Counted from the first letter of the stretch, positions 49,267-59,544 are shown. The stretch is DNA of 64,000 bases from Candidatus Latescibacterota bacterium (GCA_965221775.1 CBDCSU010000004.1:896001-960000); one strand, 5' to 3'. Notes: a model not told the origin generated them from the letters alone. Made by a program: numbers and translations.

Positions 49267-50252
49267 CGGGGGCTCTCCATGGCCACGGGGCGGCCTTCGC
49301 GGGAGGAACGGTAGATCGCCTCCAACAGGGCCACCGTGCGCCGGCCCTCCCGGCCGTCGACGCGCACCGGGGTGCCCTTCTCCAGGCAGGAGACGACGTC
49401 CTCGACGATGTTGTGCAGCGGGTTGTCCACCGAGGCCATTTTCTCCTCCAGGCCGTCGCCGAAGCAGCGCGCCTCGCCGCTGAGCACGGCGTCGATGAGG
49501 ACGCCGCCCTCGGTGCCGTGGACCTCGGCGCTGAAGTAGGCGCTCTCGGGAAAGGTGGTGGTGCCGACGATGCCGCCGCGGGCGCCGTTGGCGTAGCGCA
49601 GGATCGCCATGCCCACGTCCTCGGTCTCGATGTCGTGATTGAGGACCGCCGCCTCGCCGTAGACCTGCTCGGGATCGCCCATGAACCACACCAGCAGGTC
49701 GATGAGGTGCGATCCCTGGTTGGCCAGGGAGCCGCCGCCGTCCATCCGCCAGGTGCCGCGCCAGCCGCCGCCGTGGGCGAAGTAGTCGTCGGAGCGGTAC
49801 CACTTGAAGCGCACCTCGCCGAGCAGGGGCCGCCCGAGCCAGCCCTCGCGGAGGGCCGCGGCGACGCGGAAGTTGGTGTCCACGTAGCGGCTCTGGTAGT
49901 CGACGGCCAGCTGCACGCCGGCGGCGTCGGCCGCCGCGATGAGGCGGTCGCAGGCCTCGGTGGAGACATCCATCGGCTTGGTGGTGACCACGTGCTTGCC
50001 GGCCTCGGCGCAGCGCACCCCCAGCTCGCCGTGGAGGCCGCTCGGTGTCATGACCATGACCGCGTCCACGTCGCCGCGGCCGAGGACGTCGTCGAGATCG
50101 GTGACGGCGTCGCAGGACAGCTCCTCGCCGACCTCGCGGGCCAGCTCTTCGCGGAGGTCGCAGACGCAGCGCAGCTCGGCGCCCGCCGTCTCGTGGATCA
50201 GGCGGGCGCGGCCGCGCCCCATGCCGAGGCCGACGACGGCGAAGCCCGGCAT
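49263..50252 (-). CDS. Gfo/Idh/MocA family oxidoreductase
   Basis: AVVGLGMG, TPSGLH, KHVVTTKP, WRGTWRMDGGGSLANQGSHLIDLL. Confidence 0.9.
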   Translation of the reverse strand: MPGFAVVGLGMGRGRARLIHETAGAELRCVCDLREELAREVGEELSCDAVTDLDDVLGRGDVDAVMVMTPSGLHGELGVRCAEAGKHVVTTKPMDVSTEACDRLIAAADAAGVQLAVDYQSRYVDTNFRVAAALREGWLGRPLLGEVRFKWYRSDDYFAHGGGWRGTWRMDGGGSLANQGSHLIDLLVWFMGDPEQVYGEAAVLNHDIETEDVGMAILRYANGARGGIVGTTTFPESAYFSAEVHGTEGGVLIDAVLSGEARCFGDGLEEKMASVDNPLHNIVEDVVSCLEKGTPVRVDGREGRRTVALLEAIYRSSREGRPVAMESPR

Positions 50253-51124
50253 CAGAGGACTCCGCCCTTGAAGAACCGGGCCACGTGGTCGCGGCCGCGG
50301 ATCAGCCCCTCCTGCTGCAGCAGGGGCGTGTCCCAGAAGTGGTGGTCCTCCAGCTCGACGCTGAGGACGCCGTCGTAGCCGATCTCCTGCAGGCGGCGCA
50401 CCACGACCTGCCAGTCCACCACGCCTTCGCCGGGGATCGTGTAGCGCCACCAGCCCTCGCCGAAGCCGTAGGTGCGCGAGTAGCTCTCGCCGAGGATGCC
50501 GCTCTCGTAGAGCTTCTCGGGCAGGATCTCCGTGTCCTTCAGGTGCACGTGGTGGACGCGGTCGCTGAACTCGTGGAGCAGGCGCAGGTGGTCGATCCGC
50601 AGGCGGACGAAGTGGGAGGGGTCGTAGCAGATCCCCAGGTTGGGGGACGGTACGGCCGCGAAGATGCGGCGCAGGCTCTCCGGGGTGCAGCCCAGGTTGC
50701 CGTACCAGGGAGCGCCCCCGGGCCACGGCTCGATGGCGATCTTCACCCCCACCTTCTCGGCGTGCTTCACCACCTTGGGGTAGACCTTCTCGAAGATCTC
50801 GAAGGTCTCGGCCCGGCTCTGCGTCGGCTCCGCCGGCGCCAGTACCGTGAAGCACGTCGTGCCGCCGTGGCGGGCGATGGCGGTCAGGTCCCTCTTGAGG
50901 GCGTTCAGGGCCTTGCGGCGCTGCGCCGCGTCGTTGGACAGCAGGCCCCCGCCGCGGACGTCGCAGGTGCCGATGGTCAGGTTCAGCTCCTCGCAGGTCC
51001 TCGCCATCTGCGCCGTCAGGGGCGGCGTGTCGACGGCGTCGAAGCCGTTCTCGGCGAGCCACTTGCAGTAGCCGTCGAAGCCGAGGTCCCGGGCGAATCC
51101 CGGCAGTCGCGTCCCGATCTTCAT
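50252..51124 (-). CDS. Sugar-phosphate isomerase/epimerase (xylose-isomerase-like TIM barrel)
   Basis: IAIEPW, YDPSHF, HVHLKD, IPGEG.VDW, YDGVLSVELED. Confidence 0.87.
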   Translation of the reverse strand: MKIGTRLPGFARDLGFDGYCKWLAENGFDAVDTPPLTAQMARTCEELNLTIGTCDVRGGGLLSNDAAQRRKALNALKRDLTAIARHGGTTCFTVLAPAEPTQSRAETFEIFEKVYPKVVKHAEKVGVKIAIEPWPGGAPWYGNLGCTPESLRRIFAAVPSPNLGICYDPSHFVRLRIDHLRLLHEFSDRVHHVHLKDTEILPEKLYESGILGESYSRTYGFGEGWWRYTIPGEGVVDWQVVVRRLQEIGYDGVLSVELEDHHFWDTPLLQQEGLIRGRDHVARFFKGGVL

Positions 51125-51299
51125 TCCTCTCCTCCCCCCTTGAAGCGGCAGGCAACGGTGAGAGACGGCGGCAAACGTGTCAAGCGGTCTCGCCGCCGCA
51201 AGGGAGGGCTCATATCCTTGTTCACGAGCCCCCTCGCGCCGGCCGGCGCATGCACGGGCGACGCCACCTTCCCCGAGAATCGAAAGGACCGACCCCGCC

Positions 51300-52070
51300 A
51301 TGAATCTCGTCACCAGCGGTGACCGGGATCGCCGCGTCTTCGTCGGCGACCTGTCGCGCAAGGAGTTCCGCCAGCGCCTGGAAGCCGGCACCCTGGAGGC
51401 GGCGATCGTCCCCACCGCCGCCACCGAGCAGCACAACGAGCACATCGAGATGATCCACGACAGCCTGCACGCCACCTGGATGGCCGAGCAGGCCGCCCTG
51501 CGGCTCTACCCGCGGGCGGTGGTCACCTCGCCCGTCTGCGTCGGCGTTTCCGAGCACTGGATGGCCCACCGCGGCACCCTGACGGTGCGCCCCGAGATCT
51601 TCTGCGAGTACGTCTTCGACATCTGCCACTCCATGACCCGCGCCGGCGTGCGCAACGTGCTCATCCTCAACGGCCACGGCGGCAACGTGAAACCCCTGAT
51701 GCGCCGCATCGACGAGTACCGCGACCGCCTCGGCGCCGAGGTGAACCTGAGGTTCCAGTCGTACTGGGACGTGTACGACCCCGCCCTCGTGAGCGCCACC
51801 ATGGACCACCAGCGCCTGCCGGGGCACGCCGACGAGTTCGAGACCTCCACCATGCTCGTGCTGGCGCCCGAGCGCGTTCACGCCGACGACATCGAGGACG
51901 AGGCTTCGAGGGTTGCGAGCCGCGAGAAGGGAGAGAAGCTGCTGGAGCCCGCCGTGGCCGGGGTGGCCCGCGTCCTGGAACGGATGATCGCCGGCGAGGA
52001 GGTGGACCAGCCGCCGGTGACCTTCCGCGCCGGCGGCCGCACCCACATGATCACCAACGAGCCGGTCTGA
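51300..52070 (+). CDS. Creatininase-family amidohydrolase (second paralogue)
   Basis: PTAATEQHNEHI..HD, GVSEHWM..GTL, NGHGGN, HADEFETS. Confidence 0.88.
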   Translation: MNLVTSGDRDRRVFVGDLSRKEFRQRLEAGTLEAAIVPTAATEQHNEHIEMIHDSLHATWMAEQAALRLYPRAVVTSPVCVGVSEHWMAHRGTLTVRPEIFCEYVFDICHSMTRAGVRNVLILNGHGGNVKPLMRRIDEYRDRLGAEVNLRFQSYWDVYDPALVSATMDHQRLPGHADEFETSTMLVLAPERVHADDIEDEASRVASREKGEKLLEPAVAGVARVLERMIAGEEVDQPPVTFRAGGRTHMITNEPV

Positions 52071-52082
52071 CCTGCGGCGGCC

Positions 52083-53120
52083 TCAGGGCCGCAGCACGAC
52101 CCCGAGAGCGCCCTGGGGGCGCTCCACCAGCTCGTCGACGGCGGCCGCGATCTGGTCGAGCCCGAAGCGGTGGGTGATCAGCGGTTCCACCCGCAGCCGG
52201 CCGTCGGCCATGGCCCGCAGGCACTCGGCCAGGTTGCGCCGCGTCGGCCACTCGACGAAGACCGGCGGATAGGCGCCGCCGTGCTCGTACTCCTCGTCGT
52301 GGTAGCCGGGGCCGGTGCGCGCGGCGCTGCGCACGTCGACGTTGCCCAGGGCGGCGGCGAAGCCGTGGCTGACGCGGGCCCCGCCGACGATGACGATGCG
52401 GCCCATGCGGTGGGTGTCCGGGGCGCGCTTGAGGGTGGCGGCGATGCGCTCGAAGGCGCCGGTGCCGTCGCCGCCGAAGGCGATGACGCCGAAGTCGATG
52501 CCGTAGCCGCCCGTGAACTCCGCCGCCAGGCCCTCCAGGTCGTCCTCCTCGCCGGAGACCGCCTCGAGGCCCAGCTCCCGCGCCAGCCGCCGGCGCAGCT
52601 CGAAGCGGTCCGCGCCCATCATGTGACACCCGGAGAGCTGTCCGAAGCGGGCCGTGAGCTGGCCCACCAGGCCGAGACCCATCACCAGGCCGTTCTCGCC
52701 GAAGACCGGGGCCGCGCGGCGGATGGCGTGCAGGGCGGTGGCCGCCAGGTGGGCGAAGGCGGCGGCCTCGAAGCTCACATCCCCGGGGATCGGCACGCTG
52801 AGATGGACGGGCACGTGGCAGCGGTCGGCGTGCAGGGCGTAGCCGCCTCCCATGCAGGCGATCCGGTCCCCCGCGGCGTACCCCTCCACCCCTTCCCCGA
52901 CCGCGGTGACGATCCCGGCGTTGGCGTACCCGAAGGGCCTGGGCGGCTGCTCCGGCCGCGGTTCCCGCCGCGTCGCCGGCACCCGGCCGACCTCCGAGCC
53001 CGGGCTGATCAGGGAGGCCCGCACCTCCACCTCGACCCGTCCGGCGGGCGGCGCCCCCAGCTCCTCCTCGATCAGCACGCCCTGGCCGAGCCCGTCGATG
53101 CAGGCGACTCTGCGGTTCAT
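52083..53120 (-). CDS. MDR / zinc-binding dehydrogenase family protein
   Basis: ASLISPGSE, GYANAG.V.AVGEGV, MGLGLVGQL, RTGPGYHD..YE, LITHRF. Confidence 0.82.
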   Translation of the reverse strand: MNRRVACIDGLGQGVLIEEELGAPPAGRVEVEVRASLISPGSEVGRVPATRREPRPEQPPRPFGYANAGIVTAVGEGVEGYAAGDRIACMGGGYALHADRCHVPVHLSVPIPGDVSFEAAAFAHLAATALHAIRRAAPVFGENGLVMGLGLVGQLTARFGQLSGCHMMGADRFELRRRLARELGLEAVSGEEDDLEGLAAEFTGGYGIDFGVIAFGGDGTGAFERIAATLKRAPDTHRMGRIVIVGGARVSHGFAAALGNVDVRSAARTGPGYHDEEYEHGGAYPPVFVEWPTRRNLAECLRAMADGRLRVEPLITHRFGLDQIAAAVDELVERPQGALGVVLRP

Positions 53121-53124
53121 GGGG

Positions 53125-53895
53125 TCAGATGTTCGACTTGGACTGCCCGCCATCGACGTTGAGGCAGGCTCCCGTCACCCAGCTCGCCCGCCCGGAGGCC
53201 AGGAAGACCACGACGTCGGCGACCTCCTCCGGCGTGCCGAAGCGGCCGAAGGGGATGTTCTCCTCCACGAAGCGGCCGATCCCCTCGGGGTCCGCCTTCT
53301 GGCGGCGCTCCCAGCTGCCCCCCGGGAAGACGATCGACCCCGGGGCGACGCTGTTGACGCGCACCCCCTTGGGCGCCGCCTCGCGGGCGAGGTTGGCCGT
53401 CATGCTGATCATCGCCGCCTTGGCGGCGTTGTAGCTCACCGGCCCGCCGGTCTCCCGCCCGAAGATGGAGGAGACGTTGACGATGCTGCCCCCGCCCTGC
53501 TCCAGAGCGGCGAAGGCGGCCCGGGAGACGCGCACGGCGGAGAAGAAGCTCAGGTTGAAGACGTGGAGCCACTCGTCGTCGGTGATCTCGGCGAAGGGGG
53601 TCCACACCGACCCGCCGACGTTGTTCACCAGGACGTCGACGCCATCGAAGCGGGCCACGGCGGTGTCGACGAACCCCCCGGCGTCCTCGGTGCGCGCCAT
53701 GTCGCCGACGTAGTGGGCCACGTCCGCGGCGCCGGCCGCGGCCACCGCCTCGGCCGCGGCCGTCAGGGTCTCCTCGGTGCGGCCGCTGAGGCAGAGCCTG
53801 GCCCCCTCGGCGGCGAAGGCGAGGGCGATGCGGTGGCCGATGCCCCGGCTGGCGCCGCTCACCAGCACCGACTTGCCCTCGAGTCCCAGATCCAT
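53125..53895 (-). CDS. SDR oxidoreductase
   Basis: VSGASRGIG, LVNNVG, YNAAKAA, NSVAPGSI, LNVDGGQS. Confidence 0.9.
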   Translation of the reverse strand: MDLGLEGKSVLVSGASRGIGHRIALAFAAEGARLCLSGRTEETLTAAAEAVAAAGAADVAHYVGDMARTEDAGGFVDTAVARFDGVDVLVNNVGGSVWTPFAEITDDEWLHVFNLSFFSAVRVSRAAFAALEQGGGSIVNVSSIFGRETGGPVSYNAAKAAMISMTANLAREAAPKGVRVNSVAPGSIVFPGGSWERRQKADPEGIGRFVEENIPFGRFGTPEEVADVVVFLASGRASWVTGACLNVDGGQSKSNI

Positions 53896-53918
53896 GTTCC
53901 GTCCCTCTCGTGATGGCC

Positions 53919-54914
53919 TCAACCGTGGGGCTGCAGGGCCCCCGGGTTGACCGTGAAGAGCGCCGTCACGTACACGGCGCAGAGTACCAGCAGAACGATC
54001 CCCTTCCAGCGCTCGAAGCGGTGCCCGATCCGCATCAGGCCCAGCATGGTGAAGACGATGACGAGCATGGCGGGGAACATGAAGTGGATCACGTCCTCTT
54101 CGACGACGAGGTCGTTCACCACCGCCGAGGCCCCGGCGATCCAGCAGATGTTGAGGATGTCCGCCCCGAGGATGTTGCCCACCGCCAGGCTCCCCTGCCG
54201 CTTGCGCGCCGCCGCGATGCAGGTGGCGACCTCGGGGATCGACGTCCCCAGGGCGACGACGAGGAGGGCGATGATGACGTCCGAGACGCCCATGGCGACG
54301 GCCAGGACGGGCGCCGCGACGACGATCCCCTCGCTGCTGACGAGCACCCCGGCCAGTCCGATCACGAGCAGCAGCAGCAGGCGCGGCCAGGAGCGGGGAG
54401 GCTCGCTCAGGTCCACCTCCTCCTCGCTCACCGGATGGCCGCGGCGCTCCAGGTAGGCGTACACGAGGTAGGCGAAGAACCCGAGGACCAGGATGCCCCC
54501 CTCCCAGCGCACCAGGTCGCCGTCGGCGGACATCCAGTAGGCCCCGAGATGGGCGGCGATGAGGAAGATGGCGGCCGAGCGCAGGACGATGCGGTCGATC
54601 ATCACCACCACCGGCGAGAACAGGGCGACCATGGGCAGGGCCAGGCCGTCGTCGTAGATCACCGAGCCGACGGCGTTGCCGAGGGCGATCTCGGCGCGGC
54701 CCTCGAGAGCCGCGCGCACCGAGACGGCCAGCTCCGGGGAGGTGGTGCCGAGGCTGACCACGGCGATGCCGATGAGGATCGGCGGCACCCGCAGGCGCCG
54801 GGCCATGTCGGCGGCCCCGTCGACCATCCAGTCGGCGCACTTCACCAGGACGGCGAAGCAGGCCGCCATCAGGACCAGCGCACCCCATACTCCCTGTGAT
54901 GCGAGCCACTCCAT
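53919..54914 (-). CDS. Ca2+/Na+ antiporter (YrbG/CaCA family)
   Basis: Two alpha repeats, SLGTTSPEL...GNAVGS and ALGTSIPE...GNILGADILN; about 10 TM helices. Confidence 0.9.
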   Translation of the reverse strand: MEWLASQGVWGALVLMAACFAVLVKCADWMVDGAADMARRLRVPPILIGIAVVSLGTTSPELAVSVRAALEGRAEIALGNAVGSVIYDDGLALPMVALFSPVVVMIDRIVLRSAAIFLIAAHLGAYWMSADGDLVRWEGGILVLGFFAYLVYAYLERRGHPVSEEEVDLSEPPRSWPRLLLLLVIGLAGVLVSSEGIVVAAPVLAVAMGVSDVIIALLVVALGTSIPEVATCIAAARKRQGSLAVGNILGADILNICWIAGASAVVNDLVVEEDVIHFMFPAMLVIVFTMLGLMRIGHRFERWKGIVLLVLCAVYVTALFTVNPGALQPHG

Positions 54915-54984
54915 TCGACCTCTTTCGGTGGGGGAAGGGGCGCTGAACCTACCCCGCCCCCCACAGGGTGTCAAGAATCCGCAA

Positions 54985-55023
54985 AAGGAATAATTATTAT
55001 TGTCCAAGGCATAATTATTCCAT
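54985..55023. promoter_or_regulatory. Tandem ARG boxes (ArgR operator) upstream of argG
   Basis: AAGGAATAATTATTATTG-N3-AAGGCATAATTATTCCAT: two 18-bp AT-rich near-palindromes with 3-bp spacing. Confidence 0.72.
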
Positions 55024-55071
55024 AGTTTTCCCGCCTGATCCTTCCCCCCGAGACCGGAGTTGCGGCAACCC

Positions 55072-56310
55072 ATGAACCTCCAGGATCTGAACGGAAGCCG
55101 TCTCCTCATGGCGGCCTCCGGCGGCCTCGACAGCTGCACCATCACCCATTGGCTCACCCGGCACGGCGTCGAGGTGGTAGCCTACACGGCCGACCTCGGC
55201 CAGCCCGACGAGGAGGACATGGACGACGTCGGCGAGCGCATGCTCGCCTGCGGCGCCCGGGAGATGATCCTCGCCGACCTGCGGCCCGAGATCGCCGAAG
55301 CCGGGTTCCAGCTGCTGCGCTGCGGCGCCCGCTACGAGGGGGGCTACTGGAACACCACCGGCATCGCCCGCCACGTCGTCGTCGCCGGCATGGTCCCCGA
55401 GATGGAGCGCCGCGGCATCGCCCTGCTCTCCCACGGCGCCACGGGCCGCGGCAACGACCAGGTGCGGTTCGAGCTGGCGGCGCAGATGCTCAGCCCCGGC
55501 CTCCGCGTCTACGCCCCGTGGCGGGACCCCGCCTTCCTCGAGGCCTTCGGCGGCCGCAGGGAGATGATCGAGTACTGCCAGGCCCACGGACTGCCGGTGA
55601 AGGCCACCCTCGAGAAGCCGTACTCCACCGACGCCAACGTCCTCGGCCTGACCCACGAGGCCGGGGAGCTGGAGTCCCTGGAGGCGTCGCCGGCCCTCGT
55701 GGAGCCGGGCATGGGCGTCTTCCCCGCCCGGGCACCGGAGGAGGCGCGCTGCGTCGAGGTCCGCTTCGAGGAGGGACGTCCCGTCGCCCTCGACGGACAG
55801 GCCCTGGAAGGGTTCGAGATGATGCGGGCGGCCAACGAGATCGCCGGCGCCCACGGCGTCGGCATCGGACTGCACGCGGTGGAGAACCGCTTCGTCGGCC
55901 TCAAGTCACGGGGCGTGTACGAGGCCCCCGGCCTCGAGCTGTTGGGCCAGTGCTACGAGTACCTCCTGCAGCTGGTCCTCGACCGGCGCAGCCGCCGCTG
56001 CCACGCCCAGGTGAGCGGGTGGATCGCCGAGCAGGTCTACCAGGGCTACTGGTTCGACACGGCGACGCAGGCCTGCCGCGCCTTCGTCGATCACCTGGCG
56101 CGGCTGGCCACGGGCACGATCCGCGTCAGCCTCTACAAGGGGACGGTGCAGTTCGCCTCGGCCGCCGACGTGCCCCACTCCCTCTACCGCGAGGACGCCG
56201 CCTCCATGGAGGCGGTGGGCGACTTCGACCACCGCGACTCGACCGGTTTCCTCGGCGTCCTCGGCGTCAGCGCCCGCATCCTCAGCCAGGCGGACCAGAT
56301 CGAGCGCTGA
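55072..56310 (+). CDS. argG: Argininosuccinate synthase
   Basis: ASGGLDS, ADLGQ, HGATGRGNDQVRFE, YSTDAN, VENRFVGLKSRGVYEAPG, LYKG. Confidence 0.95.
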   Translation: MNLQDLNGSRLLMAASGGLDSCTITHWLTRHGVEVVAYTADLGQPDEEDMDDVGERMLACGAREMILADLRPEIAEAGFQLLRCGARYEGGYWNTTGIARHVVVAGMVPEMERRGIALLSHGATGRGNDQVRFELAAQMLSPGLRVYAPWRDPAFLEAFGGRREMIEYCQAHGLPVKATLEKPYSTDANVLGLTHEAGELESLEASPALVEPGMGVFPARAPEEARCVEVRFEEGRPVALDGQALEGFEMMRAANEIAGAHGVGIGLHAVENRFVGLKSRGVYEAPGLELLGQCYEYLLQLVLDRRSRRCHAQVSGWIAEQVYQGYWFDTATQACRAFVDHLARLATGTIRVSLYKGTVQFASAADVPHSLYREDAASMEAVGDFDHRDSTGFLGVLGVSARILSQADQIER

Positions 56311-56313
56311 CGG

Positions 56314-57129
56314 TCAGACCGCCTCGGCCACCCAGACCTGCTCGCCGTGGCCGGGGTACGGCCGCCCGTCGAAGCCGCCCCAGAGCGCCACCGGCCGGAA
56401 TCCGGCCGCCTCCAGGAGCCACTCCATCTCGTAGCGGAAGGTGTAGCGCAGCACCAGCTCGCCGCGCTCGGTGCAGGCGACCCCGCCGTCGGCGCCGAGA
56501 CTCTGGAAGTGGAACTCCTGCCGCAGGAGCTGCTCGGCCAGGTCGTACTCCCGCCGGTAGCGGACGCGGACCGTCCTCCCCTCCCGGTCGGTGAACTCCG
56601 TGTCCACGGGAAGCTGGTCGACGGCGGTCTCCGGCGGCGGCCCCCGGCTCACCACGGCCTCCAGGTCGAGGGTGGGATCGAACTGGTTGAGGGCCAGGCG
56701 GCCGCCGGGTTGCAGCAAGTCGTGGAATCCTGCGAGGGCGGCGAACTGGTCGGCAGGCGTGAGCAGGTGCTGGAAGGTGCGGTACGGCAGGCTGACGAGC
56801 CGGAAGGGGCCGGACAGCTCCGGCGGGTCCCGCATGTCCCCCTGGAGCAGGGTGAGGCGCGCGGCGGCTTCGGGGGACAGGGCCGCGGCCCCGGCCCGGG
56901 CGGCGGCCAGCATCTCGGGAGAGACCTCGAGACCGGTGGCCGCGAGGCCGGCGGCGGCCACCGGGAAGAGGGTGCGGCCGGTGCCGCAGCCCGGCTCCAG
57001 GACCGGCCCCCCGCACTCGACGGCGAGGGCCCGGTAGAACTCGACCTCGCCGGGCAGGCCGGTGTCGTAGCGGTCGTAGTGCCGGGCCAGCGGCCCGGAG
57101 TACCCGCCTCCTGCGGCGTCCCCGCTCAG
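56314..57129 (-). CDS. Class I SAM-dependent methyltransferase (start codon unclear)
   Basis: [44 protein letters not shown]; no ATG/GTG/TTG between the mdh stop and motif I; an in-frame CTG overlaps the mdh stop. Confidence 0.8.
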   Translation of the reverse strand: MSGDAAGGGYSGPLARHYDRYDTGLPGEVEFYRALAVECGGPVLEPGCGTGRTLFPVAAAGLAATGLEVSPEMLAAARAGAAALSPEAAARLTLLQGDMRDPPELSGPFRLVSLPYRTFQHLLTPADQFAALAGFHDLLQPGGRLALNQFDPTLDLEAVVSRGPPPETAVDQLPVDTEFTDREGRTVRVRYRREYDLAEQLLRQEFHFQSLGADGGVACTERGELVLRYTFRYEMEWLLEAAGFRPVALWGGFDGRPYPGHGEQVWVAEAV

Positions 57130-58112
57130 AGAAGGTCCTCCACGACGGCGCGCTCCTCTAGGAGCTCGTCCTCGGTGGCCTTGATCCTGCCGCGGGCGAA
57201 CTCGCTCAGCTCCAGGCCCTGCACGACCTCGATGCCTCCGCGGCCGTCGGAGCGCACCGGGAAAGAGAACACCAGGCCCTCGTCGATGCCGTAGCTGCCC
57301 GTGGAGGCAACCGCCGCCGAGAAGAACTCGCCCTCGGGAGTGGCCTGAAGGACGCTGCGCACGTGATCGAGGGCGGCGTTGGCCGCCGAGGCGGCACTCG
57401 ACAGGCCGCGGGCGGCGATCACCTCGGCGCCGCGCTGCTGCACGGTCTGGATGAAATCGCCCTGGAGCCAGCCCACGTGGCCGATGACCTCGGTGCACGG
57501 GCGCCCGCGGACCCTCGCGTTCTCCGCGTCGGGGTACTGGGTGGCGGAGTGGTTCCCCCAGATCGCCACGTTCGTCACCTCGGCCACCGGGACCCCCGCC
57601 TTGATCGCCAGCTGGGCCTGGGCCCGGTTCTGGTCGAGGCGGGTCATGGCGTGGAAGCGCTCCTTCGGGATTCCGCCCCGCACCCCGTGATGCATGGCGA
57701 TGAGGCAGTTCGTATTGGCCGGGTTGCCGACGACGAGGACCCGCACGTCGGAGGCGGCGCGGGCCAGGGCCTGGCCCTGGCCGACGAAGATCGGACCGTT
57801 CTCACGGATCAGGTCGCCGCGCTCCATGCCCTTGCCGCGCGGCTTGGAGCCGATCAGCAGCCCCCAGTTGACCCCGTCGAAGGCCTCCCTGGCATCGTCG
57901 GTGACGCGGATGTCGTCGAGGAGCGGGAAGGCGCAGTCCTGCAGCTCCATCACCACGCCTTCGAGGGCGGGCAGGGCCGGGGTGATCTCGAGCAGGTGCA
58001 GGGCCACGCGCGTGTCGTGGCCGAAGACCTCCCCCGAGGCCAGGCGGGGAAGGATGGCGTATCCGATCTGTCCGGCGGCGCCGGTGACGGCAACGCGTAC
58101 GGTGCGTGGCAT
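57126..58112 (-). CDS. mdh: Malate dehydrogenase (cytosolic/chloroplast type)
   Basis: [74 protein letters not shown]. Confidence 0.96.
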   Translation of the reverse strand: MPRTVRVAVTGAAGQIGYAILPRLASGEVFGHDTRVALHLLEITPALPALEGVVMELQDCAFPLLDDIRVTDDAREAFDGVNWGLLIGSKPRGKGMERGDLIRENGPIFVGQGQALARAASDVRVLVVGNPANTNCLIAMHHGVRGGIPKERFHAMTRLDQNRAQAQLAIKAGVPVAEVTNVAIWGNHSATQYPDAENARVRGRPCTEVIGHVGWLQGDFIQTVQQRGAEVIAARGLSSAASAANAALDHVRSVLQATPEGEFFSAAVASTGSYGIDEGLVFSFPVRSDGRGGIEVVQGLELSEFARGRIKATEDELLEERAVVEDLL

Positions 58113-58304
58113 GCGGTGCGAGCTCCTGTCGTGGTTGGGGCGCGGCCTTCCGGCGGGCCGGGAACCGCGCCGGGGGGCTGCCGGGAGGGGGGACAGAAAA
58201 TCCGCCCAGTCCCATCCGCAGGCAAGGAGGCGCCCGCCGCTATCGGCTGCCGGGGGCCCTGCCTATACTGTGGCCCAACCCTGGCGAAAGGACGAGACCC
58301 CACC

Positions 58305-59474
58305 ATGGCGCCACCTTCCCTTCTGCTGTGCGGCGGGCACGTGATCGACCCGCGCAACGGCGTCGACGGCCCGGCCGACGTGGCCGTCGTCGACGGCCTG
58401 ATCCATGCCGTGGGACCCGGCCTCGGCTTCGAGGCCGACAAGAGAGTCGACGTGAGCGGCCTCTGCGTCACCCCGGGGCTGATCGACATCCACGTGCACG
58501 TGTACGGCGGCTACGGGGGATGGATGTTCCCCGACCCCCACTCCCTGCCCAACGGCGTGACCACCGTCGTCGACACCGGCGGCTCCGGGTGGCAGGACCT
58601 CGACGACTTCGTGGCCACCATCATCCAACCCGCCTCCACCCGGGTCCTGGCCCTCGTCAACATCGTCGGCGCCGGCATGACGGGCGCCCCCGAGCAGGAT
58701 GTCCGCGAGATGGAGCCCGGGCCCTGCGCCGAGGCCGTGCGCCGCCATGCCGAGCACTGCGTGGGCACCAAGTCCGCCCACTTCGGGGGCCCCGGGTGGG
58801 AGTCGGCGGGCGGCGCCATCGAGGCCGCCCGGCTCTCCGACTCGATCGCCATGATCGACTTCGCCCCCCAGCCGACGCGCAGCTACCGGGAGCTGCTCGA
58901 GCGCATGAGCCCGGGCGACATCCACACCCACCTCTACGCCGCCCACATCCCCCTCCTCGACGACGAGTCCCGGGTCAACGGCTACGTGAGAGAGGCGCGC
59001 GAGCGCGGCGTCCTCTTCGACACCGGCCACGGCAACGGCAGCTTCTGGTTCCGCATCGCCGTGGCCGCCATGGAACAGGGCTTCCCGCCCGACACGATCA
59101 GCACCGACCTGCACAAGGCCAGCCGCATGCTGCCCAACGCCACCATGCCGGTGACCATGTCCAAGTACCTCGCCCTCGGCATGCCGCTGCAGGAGGTGGT
59201 GGACCGCTCCACGCAGAAGGCGGCCGAAGCGATCCGCCGCCCCGAACTGGGCCATCTGACGCCGGGCTCCGAGGCCGACCTGGCCGTCTTCGCCGTGCAC
59301 GAGGGCGATTTCGGGTTCGTCGACTCGGGCCGGGCGCGCATGGACGGCCGCCACAGGCTGGAGTGCGAGCTCACCCTGCGGGCCGGGCGGATCGTGTGGG
59401 ATCTCAACGGCCGCAGCCGCCCCTCCTGGGACGATCTCGGCGACTACCGCAGCTCGGAGCAGGACCACCCCTGA
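58305..59474 (+). CDS. Amidohydrolase/deacetylase, dihydroorotase-like metallo-hydrolase
   Basis: GHVIDP.NG, PGLIDIHVH, GVTTVVDTG, PGDIHTH, FDTGHG.GSF, TISTDLH. Confidence 0.87.
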   Translation: MAPPSLLLCGGHVIDPRNGVDGPADVAVVDGLIHAVGPGLGFEADKRVDVSGLCVTPGLIDIHVHVYGGYGGWMFPDPHSLPNGVTTVVDTGGSGWQDLDDFVATIIQPASTRVLALVNIVGAGMTGAPEQDVREMEPGPCAEAVRRHAEHCVGTKSAHFGGPGWESAGGAIEAARLSDSIAMIDFAPQPTRSYRELLERMSPGDIHTHLYAAHIPLLDDESRVNGYVREARERGVLFDTGHGNGSFWFRIAVAAMEQGFPPDTISTDLHKASRMLPNATMPVTMSKYLALGMPLQEVVDRSTQKAAEAIRRPELGHLTPGSEADLAVFAVHEGDFGFVDSGRARMDGRHRLECELTLRAGRIVWDLNGRSRPSWDDLGDYRSSEQDHP

Positions 59475-59544
59475 CGTGTTGACAGATCGGTGAGGCGGGG
59501 CGAGGTTTGCGTGCTCGCCCGGCCCCGGGCGAGCGGTCCATCGG

